A DNA stretch of 64,000 nucleotides from positions 1 through 64,000 of the forward strand of contig CAVSPA010000010.1 of NCBI GenBank assembly GCA_963729715.1, written 5' to 3'. Of the stretch, positions 21,663-31,298 are shown one piece after another. The DNA is from an uncultured delta proteobacterium. Lineage in GTDB: Bacteria > Desulfobacterota > Syntrophia > Syntrophales > UBA2185. Made by a program: the position numbers and the translations under genes. The number at the start of each line of letters is the position of its first letter. Position 1 is the stretch's first letter. Under the pieces are notes generated by a model that had not been told where the DNA came from, did not search any database, and saw only the letters and a program-made list of their open reading frames with translations.

Positions 21663-22595
21663 GTGGATCAGGCTGCGGTTCTCAGAATGATGAAGGAAAC
21701 AGACAAAGGGACTCATAATATGACGCCAATAATCAAGCATAAAGGTGGTGTTGCCGGTGACGGTGAAAAAGAGAATATCAGGGTTATAGCAGTCACCAGC
21801 GGAAAGGGAGGTGTCGGGAAGACGTATATAACGGCCAATCTTGCCTACATTCTCTCGAGAATAATGAAGAAGAAGACCTTAATTATTGATGCCGACATGG
21901 GGCTGGCAAATATCGATGTCATTCTGGGAGTTTCCCCGAAATACAACATGCATCATGTCTTCCTAGGAGAGAAGTCGATGTCGGAAGTAATTGTACCTGG
22001 ACCTGGCGGTATCAAGATCCTCCCTGCCGCTTCCGGTATCCAGGAGATGGCGGAACTCTCTAAAGGTCAGAAGCTTGCACTAATTGACGAACTGAATGAC
22101 TTGAACGATGATTTTGAATTTGTGTTTATCGATACTGCCGCCGGTATAACGGGTAACGTTCTATATTTCAATATGGCTGCGAAGGAAGTAGTTGTCGTTG
22201 TTTCACCTGAACCTACTTCCCTGACGGATGCATATGCTCTGATTAAATTGCTCTATCGTGGTCGCGCCGAAAAAAGAATCCTGCTCATTGTGAATATGGC
22301 GAAAAATTCCCACGAGGCCAAGGAAGTTTTTACTAAATTAAGCAAGGCTACTGAACATTTCCTCGATCTTTCAATTGAATATCTTGGTTACATAATTTAT
22401 GATGATAAGGTGACAGAGGCAGTCAGGCAACAAAGGATGTTCACGGAAATCTACCCTTATGCGCAAGCGAGCAAATGTCTGTCATCAATAGCTAAGAAGA
22501 TATGCCGTGAAAGACCCGAGAAGTACAATTTCGGAGGCATGAAATTTTTTTCACGAGCCATCGTTGGTGGAGATAATGGATATAAAAAAGCATGA
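21663..22595 (+). CDS. flhG: MinD-like ATPase FlhG/FleN
   Basis: SGKGGVGKT, DADMGLAN, PEPTSLTDAYALIK; follows flhF. Confidence 0.94.
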   Translation: MDQAAVLRMMKETDKGTHNMTPIIKHKGGVAGDGEKENIRVIAVTSGKGGVGKTYITANLAYILSRIMKKKTLIIDADMGLANIDVILGVSPKYNMHHVFLGEKSMSEVIVPGPGGIKILPAASGIQEMAELSKGQKLALIDELNDLNDDFEFVFIDTAAGITGNVLYFNMAAKEVVVVVSPEPTSLTDAYALIKLLYRGRAEKRILLIVNMAKNSHEAKEVFTKLSKATEHFLDLSIEYLGYIIYDDKVTEAVRQQRMFTEIYPYAQASKCLSSIAKKICRERPEKYNFGGMKFFSRAIVGGDNGYKKA

Positions 22596-23328
22596 TGAAC
22601 TCGTCATGGATAGGAAGAAACGTGACGAATGCATTATGAAATATGCTCCTCTCGTGAAAAATATAGTTGAGAGGATTGCTGCAAGGTTGCCATCGCATTT
22701 GAATGTCAAGGAAGATCTGATAAACGTAGGTGTCATAGGTTTAATTTCATCCATCGAAAAGTTCGATAAGAAAAGAAATGTAAAGTTTGAAACATATGCC
22801 AGCTTCAGAATCCGGGGTGCTGTGCTCGATGAACTGAGGGCAAGGGACTGGATGCCCCGCTCGACAAGGAATAAACATTCAAAGTTAGAAGAATCATTTT
22901 CCTCTCTTCAAAAGATGCTGGGGAGGCCACCGGATGAAGAAGAGATGTGCCGACATCTCAATATTTCCCTTGAGAAATACCATAAGGTTCTTGATGAGGC
23001 AAAGGGAATAACACTTCTCAGCAGCGAGGATCTTCCTCCCGATTATCATGAAACTTATAGGAATTATGATTTTCTCGAGGACATAGAACAGAAAAACCCC
23101 TTTTCATTTCTCGCAACTAATGAATTGAAGGGCATATTGAAAAAGGCCATAGATGCTCTGCCTGATAAAGAGAAATTGATCTTATCTCTTTATTATTATG
23201 AAGAACTGACTATGAAAGAGATAGGCAGAGTGGTGAATCTGACAGAATCAAGGGTCTGCCAGCTTCATACGCAGGCTATATTGAGACTCAGAGGTACCCT
23301 CAAAGAACTCCGAGGGGTATATCGTTGA
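22576..23328 (+). CDS. fliA: RNA polymerase sigma-28 factor FliA
   Basis: FETYASFRIRGAVLDELR, LYYYEELTMKEIG..LTESRVCQLH; start ATG 22576. Confidence 0.96.
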   Translation: MDIKKHDELVMDRKKRDECIMKYAPLVKNIVERIAARLPSHLNVKEDLINVGVIGLISSIEKFDKKRNVKFETYASFRIRGAVLDELRARDWMPRSTRNKHSKLEESFSSLQKMLGRPPDEEEMCRHLNISLEKYHKVLDEAKGITLLSSEDLPPDYHETYRNYDFLEDIEQKNPFSFLATNELKGILKKAIDALPDKEKLILSLYYYEELTMKEIGRVVNLTESRVCQLHTQAILRLRGTLKELRGVYR

Positions 23329-23360
23329 AGTCTGTTTTGACATGATAAAGGTATCGTAAT

Positions 23361-23900
23361 ATGGTGCGAAAAGTTGATCTAGATCTCTTGGAAGAACTGG
23401 ATATTTCCGATACAAAAGGCCCTCATGAGGAAGGGGAGACAGCAGGAAGAAAGAAAGGCTGGAAATGGCTGAAGAGAAAAAAGATTATCGTCACAGCCAT
23501 CCTTTTTACCTTTTTTTGTGTTATAGGCGTTTCTCTCATGATATTCCCTGCAAGGGATAATTCACGTATCGGTATCGAGAGAGAGCTTGTAGAAGTGAGA
23601 TCGATACCGGAGAATATAGAGACCCTTGATAATTTCATAATTGACCTGAAGGACGAACAGGGAAATTACAGGGTGCTTGTCTGTGATATTACCCTTGTGA
23701 TGAATCCGGATAAGAGTGTTTCGGGAAACAAATTAGACGCGAGAAAGAAGACATATGATGCCTTAAGGAATAAAGGCAAGTATGCACTGGTATCGTCAAA
23801 ATCGTACAGCATCATAAGAAAAGAGCTGCGTGATGAATTAGACCGTCTCCTGGGTGGAGGAATAAAAGAAGTATATTTTACAAAATTTGTGTTATTATAA
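23361..23900 (+). CDS. Second FliL-family protein
   Basis: TM segment, LDNFIIDL, KEVYFTKFVLL C-terminus resembling FliL. Confidence 0.75.
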   Translation: MVRKVDLDLLEELDISDTKGPHEEGETAGRKKGWKWLKRKKIIVTAILFTFFCVIGVSLMIFPARDNSRIGIERELVEVRSIPENIETLDNFIIDLKDEQGNYRVLVCDITLVMNPDKSVSGNKLDARKKTYDALRNKGKYALVSSKSYSIIRKELRDELDRLLGGGIKEVYFTKFVLL

Positions 23901-23967
23901 AACATCGGCTTAATGAAATAATTAAATCTATGACTGTTAATTTATTCAACTAAATGGAAGGAATGCC

Positions 23968-24309
23968 ATGAAGAAATATGTTATTCTTGTTCTTCTTTTT
24001 ATTTTCATGAACAATTTTTCTAGTCCATGCCATGCATTGACTCCCGATCAGATCATAAAGTTAAAAAAGGCGGGCGTCAGTGACAAGACAATTCAAATAA
24101 TGCTCGAGCAGGAGAGGGATGCGAGACAGGAGAATCCTTCAGACCTGATTGGCGTGAGGGAAGTGAAGGACAAGGATGGCAACGTCGTTACAGTATACTC
24201 TACCGGCCATCCTACAAAAGAAAGCCCCGGTGATACTGAAGAAGCGAAGGTTGAGAAGGCATGGAAGATGTTGCAGAACATGGTCATCGATAATAGGAAT
24301 AGGAAGTGA
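23968..24309 (+). CDS. Small exported hypothetical protein
   Basis: Signal peptide ending CHA, then LTPDQIIKLKKAGVSDKTIQIML helical motif; SD AAGGA. Confidence 0.7.
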   Translation: MKKYVILVLLFIFMNNFSSPCHALTPDQIIKLKKAGVSDKTIQIMLEQERDARQENPSDLIGVREVKDKDGNVVTVYSTGHPTKESPGDTEEAKVEKAWKMLQNMVIDNRNRK

Positions 24310-24313
24310 GATT

Positions 24314-25171
24314 GTGATTAGCGAAGACGGTAAAGATCAGGGAACAAGAAAAACGAAACTCGCTGATCAGAAAGATAATAAAAATGTATATTACCAGGAA
24401 ATTTACAGTGTTCTGGAGAAAGCGTTTCATGATACATTTACTGAAGAACTTGTGCCGGGCATCGTTCACAATTTTGCTAATCCTTTAAATGGCATCATGG
24501 GGCGCTCCAGGTTGCTGCAGAGAAAATTAATAGATATCATGAAGAGCCCAGATGTAGAAAAGGATATATCTTATCAAGAGAATAATAAGAAACTGGTCCG
24601 TGACGTTGACTCTATAGCGCGTGAGGCTGATAGACTCTCTGGCCTTCTTCAAACCGTTATGGGGAAATTCTGTGCGATCAGTGATCGGACTGTGCAGAAA
24701 GTGAATCTATCCGAGCTTATCGAACTGGAGATGAGGTTTTTCGATTTTTATCTGGATTTCAAGCATAGCGTCAAAAAAACTTTGCAACTCGATAGAGAAC
24801 TACCAGAGGTCAGGGGAGCCCCCGCTGACTATTCCCTAGCCTTTTCTACACTGATCAGATATGTGACGGTTGCCATGAAAGATAGTGCACCAAAGGAACT
24901 ATATATTTCAACACAACTTGAAAATGAACAGGTATGCGTAAGGATCCAGAATCGAGGGGTTCCCGTTTCAGAGGAATTGAAAAGACTATTGCTTGATGAA
25001 GCGCAGTGGTCTGCTTCTTCTAGGGCAGGAACCGGAGAAGGGAAACTGCTATGCGCCTTTTCGTTGTTAAGGAAATGGGGCGCCGGCTTTGACATAACGA
25101 GTGAGAATGGTTTGAATACTATTATCGTATTGATGCCTTTTTACCAGGCAAAACATCGATTCGGCGATTAA
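24314..25171 (+). CDS. Sensorless histidine-kinase-like protein (HisKA + degenerate HATPase)
   Basis: H-box IVHNFANPLNGIMG; ATP-binding boxes degenerate; start likely GTG 24314 (ORF track start 24176 overlaps the upstream gene). Confidence 0.75.
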   Translation: MISEDGKDQGTRKTKLADQKDNKNVYYQEIYSVLEKAFHDTFTEELVPGIVHNFANPLNGIMGRSRLLQRKLIDIMKSPDVEKDISYQENNKKLVRDVDSIAREADRLSGLLQTVMGKFCAISDRTVQKVNLSELIELEMRFFDFYLDFKHSVKKTLQLDRELPEVRGAPADYSLAFSTLIRYVTVAMKDSAPKELYISTQLENEQVCVRIQNRGVPVSEELKRLLLDEAQWSASSRAGTGEGKLLCAFSLLRKWGAGFDITSENGLNTIIVLMPFYQAKHRFGD

Positions 25172-25196
25172 AGTTAAAGGGCTGTTATGACGATTA
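25169..25196 (+). promoter_or_regulatory. Possible sigma-28 promoter
   Basis: TAAAG-N15-GACGATTA (two mismatches to GCCGATAA). Confidence 0.4.
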
Positions 25197-25386
25197 ATAA
25201 TATAAGTATATTTGTGTTGTATTGCCGCAGTCTGTCCATAGCCGTTACACGGATTAAGCTTGGCAGAGGGCAATTTGTTTCTTACTGATTGCGCATCACA
25301 TTGTCGTGGAGAAGGAGAACGATGGGCTAGCGAGGAACGCCACTTTTTCCAGGTCGCTGAGGATGAAAAGAGGGAGCTTTTGAGTC

Positions 25387-25707
25387 ATGCTTAGACCCGT
25401 TGATTTACAACAAATATTGACTCAGTCCAATTCCATGGAACGTGTCCAGCAAACACAGCAGCAGCATCCGGACATGCAGCAAAGGTATTTTAGTGTTCAG
25501 TTGAGTGAAGAGACGAAGCACCTGAAAGAGGCCGTAAAGAATTCTGAAGAGACGGAAAAATCCAAAATAAGAGATGAAGAAGAGAAGGAGAGACGCCAGA
25601 AGAAGAAAAAATCTGAGGCAGAAAATACAGGAAAGATTGAAATGAAGCAAGAGTCTGGAGATACGGATGATACTGAACAGGGTGGTCGGATTGATATAAA
25701 GGTTTGA
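25387..25707 (+). CDS. Flagellar-cluster hypothetical protein
   Basis: MLRPVDLQ N-terminus, Q-rich and charged middle, GGRIDIKV end. Confidence 0.7.
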   Translation: MLRPVDLQQILTQSNSMERVQQTQQQHPDMQQRYFSVQLSEETKHLKEAVKNSEETEKSKIRDEEEKERRQKKKKSEAENTGKIEMKQESGDTDDTEQGGRIDIKV

Positions 25708-25708
25708 T

Positions 25709-26188
25709 ATGACAGTGAACTTGCTACTTGTCTGCCTGCTAATTGCTGATGTTATCTTGTGTCTTGCCACTATAAGTCTGATTGTTATCGTAAACAGGGA
25801 GATCAAGAAAAGAAGGGGAGGACCTGATGAAAATTGCCTTATTGAATTCAGGAACCTGCTTAGCGAGTCTCAGGTCTCTACGAATCATCTCGTGGAAGTG
25901 ATGAACGATAGCAGGAAGGCGCTAAAAGAGATCGCCTATGTCCTAGATGAAAAAGAAGGCAAGTTGAGAGCCCTAGTTGAAGAATCAAGGGTTGAATATG
26001 AAAAGCTCACAGCCGCTGTTTCTCATGCCGATAAGAATAACTTGGATAAGAGGTATGAGGAGGTCATCGCCATGGTTAAGCAGGGTCTGGCTAAAAGGGA
26101 AATATGTCAGAGATTGGAACTAACAGAAGGGGAGATAGATCTGATCATTGATCTGGATAGGACGAGGCGTGATGGCACTCCTCCTTGA
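25709..26188 (+). CDS. Membrane-anchored protein with C-terminal HTH-like motif (SwrB/DUF2802-like)
   Basis: N-terminal TM, coiled coil, MVKQGLAKREICQRLELTEGEIDLII. Confidence 0.6.
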   Translation: MTVNLLLVCLLIADVILCLATISLIVIVNREIKKRRGGPDENCLIEFRNLLSESQVSTNHLVEVMNDSRKALKEIAYVLDEKEGKLRALVEESRVEYEKLTAAVSHADKNNLDKRYEEVIAMVKQGLAKREICQRLELTEGEIDLIIDLDRTRRDGTPP

Positions 26189-26508
26189 AAGAAGGAGCTC
26201 CCCGCTTCACAGGCCACCGCTTCCGTTTCGGAAGTCTTACGTAGGCCTCGACGGGCAGAACCGCGCCACCCATCGTTTATTGAAATACTATATGGTTCTG
26301 ATGCTTTTTACGGTTTCAATTTTACGGCAGTTCCTGAAAGTGCCAACCCCATATTGAAATTTCAAAGAGCATTGTTTCTGAACTGGCTTTTATTCTATAT
26401 GGCAGACTTACTATTGTAAAAAAAATGTGTGAAAAGGTGTATGCGGATGCTGCCGTATCCCCTGGTCGAAGCAACGGGTCTTACAGCAATTTTTGATAAG
26501 AATATCTG

Positions 26509-27660
26509 ATGTCTTTCATTTTTATTCCAACAATTTCCAATTCTAAACTAAATCAAGCACAGTTCCACAGCAAGAATTCCATCCCCTTTCCTAGCATATC
26601 AATTGGTGAAATGCTTGAGGCCGGCGTTATCGAGAAAATAGATAATCAGAAGATGCTGATAACACTCAAGGGTGTCAGTATGACGGCAGATTCCGAAGTT
26701 CATTTAAATGCCGGTGATAAGATCCAGGTAAAGGTGGAAACCATTTATCCTCAGTTAGTCTTGCGCGTTATTGAAGGAGGTTACTCGGAGGAATCCAATC
26801 TCGTAGACTACTTGAGATGGTATAGGTCAAATCCTGACGCCTTATCACACATGATGACCGAGGCCATGAGAGAATTCAATTCAGCCGATCTCGGCAAGCT
26901 CTTGCGTTATCTTCCCGGGGCGAATTTTCAGAAAATATTCACTATTTTGAAATCACTGCTCTTTTCGACGGAAACAAAGGGCAGTAATTTTATTAGGGAC
27001 TATCTTAGCAACCTTGGTCTCACAATGGAAAGCCAGTTGAGAAAGGTTATCGAAGGAAGATCTGATATTGGCAATGGCGATCTTCAAGTTGAAAGTCTTA
27101 AGGGTTTGTTGACAGAGCTGTCTTCCGATCTTCGCAATCTTCTCATGAACAAGGACTCCCTTGACGGCGAAGAAAAAATAGCACTGGACAGTCTCTCTAA
27201 GTATGTTAATTCGTCCATTAAGACAATTGAATCCCATCAGATTATTAATGTCATTTTGCAAGAGGCCGAGAACAAGTATCTCTTCCAGATCCCTATTGTC
27301 TTCCCGGATGGCGTAAGAAAAGGGGACATATTTGTAGAATATGACCGTCATTACAAAAAGGAGGGAGAGAAAAGTCGACATCGCATAATTTTCTTTTTGA
27401 GCATGGATGTTCTCGGTGACATGGTAATCGATGCAGAGTTGAAAGGAGATAAGATCGACTGTGTTGTGAAATGTGTGGATCGGGATGCATGCGAATTCAT
27501 ATCCTCCTTCCTCGAAGAGCTTCGGGAAAGTCTTCTCGCTCTGGGCTGCAAGATCGACATGGTTAAATGCATCGTGGAAGGTAATTTAGTCAAAGAAAGG
27601 ATAAATTATTATCAGAATAGTGTATTGTATAAAAGGGAGGCAATTGATCTCTTCGCATAA
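26509..27660 (+). CDS. FliK-like protein (YlqG-like, C-terminal hook-length-control-type domain)
   Basis: YLSNLGLTMES, FQIP, FFLSMDVLGDMVID..LRESLLALG; adjacent to FlhB-C paralog. Confidence 0.6.
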   Translation: MSFIFIPTISNSKLNQAQFHSKNSIPFPSISIGEMLEAGVIEKIDNQKMLITLKGVSMTADSEVHLNAGDKIQVKVETIYPQLVLRVIEGGYSEESNLVDYLRWYRSNPDALSHMMTEAMREFNSADLGKLLRYLPGANFQKIFTILKSLLFSTETKGSNFIRDYLSNLGLTMESQLRKVIEGRSDIGNGDLQVESLKGLLTELSSDLRNLLMNKDSLDGEEKIALDSLSKYVNSSIKTIESHQIINVILQEAENKYLFQIPIVFPDGVRKGDIFVEYDRHYKKEGEKSRHRIIFFLSMDVLGDMVIDAELKGDKIDCVVKCVDRDACEFISSFLEELRESLLALGCKIDMVKCIVEGNLVKERINYYQNSVLYKREAIDLFA

Positions 27661-27777
27661 GGACGTAAGGAGATTTCCCGAAATCGGCATCGTTTTGACT
27701 CAATATTTTTCTTGACCGTGTGAGGGGAAGCCCCTTTTGCAGGGAGTTTTGCAGTTGAATTCATACAGGAAATAGCG

Positions 27778-28074
27778 ATGGCGAGAAAAGATGAAAAAAT
27801 ACGTGTGGCTGCGGCTCTAAAGTATGATCCCCAGAAGGACGCAGCCCCAGTGCTTACTGCTAAAGGTCGAGGCTTCGTCGCAGAAAAGATAATTGATATA
27901 GCGAAGAAAAACAGGATACCTATCAAAGAAGATCCGAATCTCGTCCAGATTTTGAGCAAACTTGAAATTGATGAGCAGATCCCCCCAGTCTTGTACAAGG
28001 CTGTTGCTGAGATACTTGCCTTTGTCTATTCTCTCAATGAGAAGCTAAGAGGGGAAAAATTTTCCCGGCCATAA
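27778..28074 (+). CDS. FlhB C-terminal domain-only protein (FlhX/YlqH-like)
   Basis: AAALKYD..APVLTAKGRGFVAEKI..IPPVLYKAVAEILAFVY matches the post-cleavage part of FlhB. Confidence 0.9.
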   Translation: MARKDEKIRVAAALKYDPQKDAAPVLTAKGRGFVAEKIIDIAKKNRIPIKEDPNLVQILSKLEIDEQIPPVLYKAVAEILAFVYSLNEKLRGEKFSRP

Positions 28075-28250
28075 CTATTTGCCTACCCCATCGGATCCGG
28101 CGTGATCCACGTTGCCGGGTGTCTTGCCCTGTTGCTATGACTCTCCGATGGCATCAAAAAAATATTATTTAATTTCCTCAACTTATACTTCATGGTTTTA
28201 TCTTTGTACTTCGTGATCCTAACGTCCCAGATACGCAGTTCTTCACTCAC

Positions 28251-28266
28251 TGGCATGTGAATTGCA
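28251..28266 (+). promoter_or_regulatory. Sigma-54 promoter of flgF operon
   Basis: TGGCATGTGAATTGCA, near-consensus GG-N10-GC. Confidence 0.88.
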
Positions 28267-28300
28267 CTCTGGAAACTCAAAAGCAGAGGGGCTAAGAGTA

Positions 28301-29005
28301 ATGACCTACAGCATCGGTGAAATGGCAAATGTTTACCAGCAGACATTCGAGCAGCTGGATTTCATCGCAAACAATATCGCCAACAGTAATACCAATGGAT
28401 TCAAGGCGGTGAAGTTATATTACAATGCGCCCAATCCGGAAAAAGAAATGGCATTTATTCCTCAGGTGGTCACTGATTATTCCCCCGGCACGGTACATAG
28501 GACCGACAATCCCCTGGATATTGCTCTTGATGGTGAGGGATTTTTTGCCATTCAGTCCGAAGAAGGGGCGGCCTACACAAGGCAGGGCAGTTTCACAATC
28601 GACAAAGATGGTAATTTAGTTACGGCGGACGGCGACTATGTCCTTGGTAAATCCGGCAACAAAATCAAGCTCCCTGATGGCGAAATAAATATAGGCGAAA
28701 AAGGTGATGTTTCAGTAGATGGCAATCCTGTTAATACTTTGAAAATAGTGAGTTTTAATAATCCTCAGGCCTTAGCAAAGGTTAAGGGTTGTCTTTTCGC
28801 GGACCCCGGTAATGCCGGCCTTACGGATAAGAATGACCCTTCAGTCAGGCAGGGGCATATAGAGCTCTCAAATGTGCAGGTCATAAAAGAGATGACAGAT
28901 ATGATCGATATTAATCGTTCTCTGGAGATGTACCAAAAGGTCATGCAGACAACAGCAGATCAAGACAAGTTAGCGACAAATCAAATAGGAAAATTAGCAG
29001 CATGA
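28301..29005 (+). CDS. flgF: Flagellar basal-body rod protein FlgF
   Basis: IANNIANSNTNGFK, NPLDIALDGEGFF, YTRQGSF, IELSNV; precedes flgG; start after the sigma-54 site. Confidence 0.9.
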   Translation: MTYSIGEMANVYQQTFEQLDFIANNIANSNTNGFKAVKLYYNAPNPEKEMAFIPQVVTDYSPGTVHRTDNPLDIALDGEGFFAIQSEEGAAYTRQGSFTIDKDGNLVTADGDYVLGKSGNKIKLPDGEINIGEKGDVSVDGNPVNTLKIVSFNNPQALAKVKGCLFADPGNAGLTDKNDPSVRQGHIELSNVQVIKEMTDMIDINRSLEMYQKVMQTTADQDKLATNQIGKLAA

Positions 29006-29040
29006 TGAGATCATGCGGGCCATAAATAGGGAGGTTTTGT

Positions 29041-29826
29041 ATGATACGGGCTTTATGGACAGCGGGAACCGGAATGGAAGCACTACAGACCAATCTGGAT
29101 GTGATAGCGAACAACCTAGCCAACGCAAATACCACAGGGTTTAAGAAATCACGGGCTGATTTTCAGGATATGCTCTACCAGACAACTAAGAAAGCCGGAA
29201 CAGAAACCTCTTCAGGTGGGCAATTGCCAGTCGGTATAGAAGTCGGTATGGGTTCAAAAATAATGTCAACTACAAGAATGTTCACACAGGGCGATGTCCA
29301 GCAGACTGACAGTCCATACGACTGGGTCATTCAGGGTGATGGTTTTTTCCAGTTGGTCGATAACAATGGACGCACGATTTATACAAGGGCAGGGAGTTTC
29401 ATGACCAACAACAATGGTACTCTGGTCAATGGTAATGGCCTCACACTAACCCCTCAGGTGAGCATTCCGCAGGCTGCTGTTAATTTTCAGATACTCCAGG
29501 ATGGGACATGGACAGCAACGGATGCTAATGAAAACAAACTGGCAAGCGGCAGAATTCAACTTGCCCGTTTTATTAATCCTTCCGGTCTGAAAAGTATAGG
29601 AAATAACTGTTACGACATAACGGACGCTTCCGGATCTGCTGTAACGGGAAGCCCGGGTGTCACAGGGTTTGGCACCATCCAACAGAATGCCGTCGAGATG
29701 TCAAATGTCAACGTTGTTGAAGAGATGGTTAATATGATTGCGGCCCAGAGGGCTTATGAAATGAATACTAAATCTATACAAACAGCCGACCAAATTCTCC
29801 AGATGATAAGCAATTTAAAAAAGTAA
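29041..29826 (+). CDS. flgG: Distal rod protein FlgG
   Basis: MIRALWTAGTGM, FKKSRADFQDMLYQ, EMSNVNVVEEMVNMIAAQRAYE. Confidence 0.96.
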   Translation: MIRALWTAGTGMEALQTNLDVIANNLANANTTGFKKSRADFQDMLYQTTKKAGTETSSGGQLPVGIEVGMGSKIMSTTRMFTQGDVQQTDSPYDWVIQGDGFFQLVDNNGRTIYTRAGSFMTNNNGTLVNGNGLTLTPQVSIPQAAVNFQILQDGTWTATDANENKLASGRIQLARFINPSGLKSIGNNCYDITDASGSAVTGSPGVTGFGTIQQNAVEMSNVNVVEEMVNMIAAQRAYEMNTKSIQTADQILQMISNLKK

Positions 29827-29854
29827 AAGGGTAGTGCAGTTTGAGGAATAGACA

Positions 29855-30583
29855 ATGAAAATTCGGGTCTTAACTAGTATGGTACTTTTTCTCATAATGT
29901 TTTTTCTGACTGGTGTCGTTTCATCGTCGCTTGCGGCACAAGACAGGATCATCAAGGGAATAGAGATGAAGGCGTTAGTAAAAGATTACATAGAGAAGAA
30001 TATGCCTTGGCAGCAGTATGGCATGAGGGTCGATTTCTTGGGCAGAATATCGGACTTGCATGTGCAGGGAGAGAAAATCAGCTGCAGAGTCACAAGCGGG
30101 CATGATGAAGCCTATATAGGCGATTCAACTTTTACCGTGGGGGTGTACGATGACTGTACACTTTTGAGGGAGGAGAGGGTCCATGTCAGGATGGAAGTGG
30201 CAATGGACGTCGTGATGAGTACTAAATACCTGATTAGGGATAAGGAAATAGATTCCGATAGCGTCAAGCTTGTCCGGAGGTGGTTTAACCAGATGCCGGC
30301 TTACGTGGTGACACAAATAGAGGATGCCGTGGGTAAGCAGCCTTATAACGACATAAGACAGAACATGGAGATCAAGAGGAACATGCTAAAGGCTGTTAAG
30401 GCCATGAAACGGGGGAAGATGGTAAAGATGATACTCGAAAGCGGCCCCATGATGATCGTAACATTTGGCATCTGCGAGGAAGATGGAAGTCGCGGCGATT
30501 ACATAAAAATAAGGAATGCATCGTCAAATAAAACGGTTTATGCCAAGATTATGGACGATTCTTCCGTCAGAGTAGAATTTTAA
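29855..30583 (+). CDS. flgA: P-ring formation chaperone FlgA
   Basis: Signal peptide; SAF-like C-terminus KRGKMVKM..EDGSRGDYIKIRNASSNKTV; position flgG-flgA-flgH. Confidence 0.88.
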   Translation: MKIRVLTSMVLFLIMFFLTGVVSSSLAAQDRIIKGIEMKALVKDYIEKNMPWQQYGMRVDFLGRISDLHVQGEKISCRVTSGHDEAYIGDSTFTVGVYDDCTLLREERVHVRMEVAMDVVMSTKYLIRDKEIDSDSVKLVRRWFNQMPAYVVTQIEDAVGKQPYNDIRQNMEIKRNMLKAVKAMKRGKMVKMILESGPMMIVTFGICEEDGSRGDYIKIRNASSNKTVYAKIMDDSSVRVEF

Positions 30584-30594
30584 GAGGCAACAAC

Positions 30595-31287
30595 ATGATA
30601 GATTCCAGACGGATTGAAGTTTTATTCATATTTTGGATGTTGATCTGTGCTGTAGGTTGTTCATCCAACCTTTATGTTAAGGCAGACCCCCAATCCATTC
30701 CACAAGAGACTAAAAGGAAACCTCTGCCAGGAGCAATCTGGGCAGGTGAAAATGCTACTAATTCTCTCTTTTCCGACAGAAGAGCGCGGAATCTAAACGA
30801 CGTCGTAACAATTGTAGTGAACGAGGCGGCCACGGGGAGTAATAACGGAAACACAACTACCAGCAGGGACACAAGTACAACTGCCTCGGTTACGAATCTA
30901 TTGGGACTGGAAGGGGCGATACAGGATATGCTCAGAAAGGGTACCACCGGCATAAACGTCGGTGGCGCTCAGTCGAATTCGCTCAAGGGAATCGGGTCAT
31001 CAGAGCGGGACGGCAACTTGACGGCAACAATATCGGCGAGAGTTGTGAAAATCATGGGGAATGGTAATTTTATAATAGAGGGGAGAAAACAGGTTACTAT
31101 CAATGCCGAAGATCAGTATCTGGTCATTACTGGTATTATTAGACCTGATGATATAGCATTAGATAATACTATCCAGTCCCAATATATTGCCGATGCAAAG
31201 CTTGTTTACACGGGAAAAGGTGTAGTAAATGACAAAATGAGACCGGGCTGGCTCACTCGCATTGTGGACTGGGCATGGCCGTTCTAA
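30595..31287 (+). CDS. flgH: L-ring lipoprotein FlgH
   Basis: Lipobox AVGC, LFSDRRA, GIIRPDDI, PGWLTR..WPF. Confidence 0.95.
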   Translation: MIDSRRIEVLFIFWMLICAVGCSSNLYVKADPQSIPQETKRKPLPGAIWAGENATNSLFSDRRARNLNDVVTIVVNEAATGSNNGNTTTSRDTSTTASVTNLLGLEGAIQDMLRKGTTGINVGGAQSNSLKGIGSSERDGNLTATISARVVKIMGNGNFIIEGRKQVTINAEDQYLVITGIIRPDDIALDNTIQSQYIADAKLVYTGKGVVNDKMRPGWLTRIVDWAWPF

Positions 31288-31298
31288 CGTTCTGAAGG

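Noticed and set aside
26195..26272. SRP (4.5S) RNA or tRNA
   Set aside because: Lacks the CAGG/AGCA symmetric loop of SRP helix 8 and has no cloverleaf or T-loop motif; kept only as an unassigned structure.
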